A DNA stretch of 64,000 nucleotides from Betaproteobacteria bacterium SCGC AG-212-J23 (lineage in GTDB: Bacteria; Pseudomonadota; Gammaproteobacteria; Burkholderiales; SG8-39), in the NCBI GenBank assembly GCA_001644455.1, contig LSTF01000001.1:13109-77108 (forward strand), given 5' to 3'. The position numbers and the translations under genes were made by a program. The notes beneath the pieces are model-generated. The model did no database searches and was not told where the DNA came from. It worked only from the letters and a program-made list of their open reading frames with translations. Shown here one piece after another: positions 62,636 to 64,000 of this stretch; the stretch's first letter is position 1; each line of letters begins with the position of its first letter.

Positions 62636-63877
62636 TTATGGCGCAGCCGCCGCCGGAAGCCGAGGACGTTTTGCCAGCACGAAAAACAGCGACCCCAGGC
62701 CGGCGAGCAGCGCGAGGATGGTGAACCCGGCGCGGTAATTGCCGGTGAGGTCGGCCATGATGCCGGCGATCATCGGCCCGCCGATCTGGCCGATGACGAT
62801 GATCATGAACGACAGCCCGAGGATCATGCCGATCGCGCTGCGACCGAAGTAGTCGGCGCGCAGCGCCTGCATGAACGGCCCGCGCAGGCCCCAGGCGGCG
62901 CCGTGCAGCACGGCGAACGCGAGCACCATCGCCACGTTCGCCGCGTAGGTGAGGAGCAGCAGCGCCGTCATGTGGGTCAGCATGCACGCCGCCGAGATGA
63001 GGCGCTTGTCGTAGCGGTCGCCGATCAGCCAGCCGATGAACACCCCGCCGAGCTGCGACAGCGTGAGCACGGTGTAGACCAGCGACGCCTGCGCGAGGGA
63101 GTAGCCGAGCCCCTGGTTCATGTGGGTGATGGAGTGCACGCTCACCGCATGCACGACCAGCAGCGCGAAGCCGTGGCCGAGCGAGAGCAGCCAGAAGGCC
63201 GGCGTGCGCAGCGCCTCGCGCGCGGTGAAATCGCGAGTCGCGCCGGGTGTCGATGAGACCCCTTCTTTGGGCGGGGCCGGAGGGATGCCGTCCACGGTCT
63301 CGCCGTAGTCCTCGGGGCGGCGGCGCATGACGAACGCCAGCGGCAGGCCGACGACGATCATCACCACCCCGGAGCCGAACGCCGTGGCGCGCCAGCCGAA
63401 GGCGCCCATCGACCAGGCGAGCATGGGCAGCGAGATGCCGCCCAGGGCGAGGCCGATCGACATCGACGACAGGGCGCGCGCCCGCCAGCGCTCGAACCAG
63501 TTGATGAGCGCGACGTTGACCGGAAAGAAGCCGCACAGGCTCGAGCCGAGGGCGATGACGATGAAGGCGCCGTAGAACGTGAGCAGCGTGTCGGTGAAGC
63601 TGAGCAGCATCAGGCCGATGCCGAACACCACCACGCCGATGCGGATCCAGATCTGCGGCCCGAAGCGGTCGATCATCCAGCCGAGGATCGGGCCGAGGAT
63701 CGCCACTTCCATCTGCTGCAGCGCCGCCGCGCCGGACAGCGCGGTCTTGCTCCAGCCGCGTTCCTCCTGCAGTACTGCCACGTAGGCGCCGAACGCCTGC
63801 GTCATCAATCCGGCCTGGAGAAACTGCAGGCCGGAGCCGGCGCCGACCATGTACCATCCGTGGAAGATTTTCTTCAA
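62636..63877 (-). CDS. MFS transporter
   Basis: About 12 TM helices; GWMIDRFGP, GWLIGDRYDKR, WFERWRARA. Confidence 0.92.
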   Translation of the reverse strand: MKKIFHGWYMVGAGSGLQFLQAGLMTQAFGAYVAVLQEERGWSKTALSGAAALQQMEVAILGPILGWMIDRFGPQIWIRIGVVVFGIGLMLLSFTDTLLTFYGAFIVIALGSSLCGFFPVNVALINWFERWRARALSSMSIGLALGGISLPMLAWSMGAFGWRATAFGSGVVMIVVGLPLAFVMRRRPEDYGETVDGIPPAPPKEGVSSTPGATRDFTAREALRTPAFWLLSLGHGFALLVVHAVSVHSITHMNQGLGYSLAQASLVYTVLTLSQLGGVFIGWLIGDRYDKRLISAACMLTHMTALLLLTYAANVAMVLAFAVLHGAAWGLRGPFMQALRADYFGRSAIGMILGLSFMIIVIGQIGGPMIAGIMADLTGNYRAGFTILALLAGLGSLFFVLAKRPRLPAAAAP

Positions 63878-63895
63878 GGCTTATTAGGCTAATCC

Positions 63896-64000
63896 ATGAC
63901 GATCTCGATGTATCAGGCGAGCGCGCCCCGTTTCGCGCGCATGCTGCGCAACCTCTCCGCGATCCTCGCGAAGGCGCAAGCCCACGTCGAAGCGAAGAAG
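63896..64000 (+). CDS. DUF1993 family protein (5' part only)
   Basis: MTISMYQASAPRFARMLRNLSAILAKAQAHVEAKK. Confidence 0.8.
   Translation, partial: MTISMYQASAPRFARMLRNLSAILAKAQAHVEAKK

Noticed and set aside
1-64000. CRISPR array, tRNA, rRNA, integrase or transposase
   Set aside because: No regularly spaced repeats, cloverleaf or recombinase motifs were seen by eye; intergenic gaps are mostly under 100 bp.

Overview
High-GC betaproteobacterial (Burkholderiales-like) chromosomal window, densely packed with about 65 genes: four Bug/TctC solute receptors, a Liv-type ABC transporter, two-component proteins, amidohydrolase-family decarboxylases, addAB, cynS and dinB. No rRNA, tRNA, CRISPR array, integrase or transposase was found. 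The main accessory element is a lower-GC defence island (about 12800-19340). It carries vsr, a B3/EcoRII-N-like plus DUF3883 restriction endonuclease and a C5 DNA methyltransferase, and, divergently, an unnamed two-gene module: a ParB/DUF262-like protein (DGLQR) and a HEPN-motif protein (RNSIVH). The island seems to have brought in its own addA nuclease-domain 3' end. Other signals worth checking: two in-frame palindromic repeat insertions inside addA; recurrent AT-rich T-tract/A-tract patches inside GC-rich genes; pervasive leaderless and bidirectional -10 promoters; a 107-nt structured element next to an NtrC/sigma54-type cynS promoter; a pdsRS regulator pair without sortase; a putatively periplasmic ABM / Tat-ThDP enzyme / cytochrome c operon; and a Tat flavoprotein that can only start at CTG. 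All family calls come from motifs read by eye, not from database searches.
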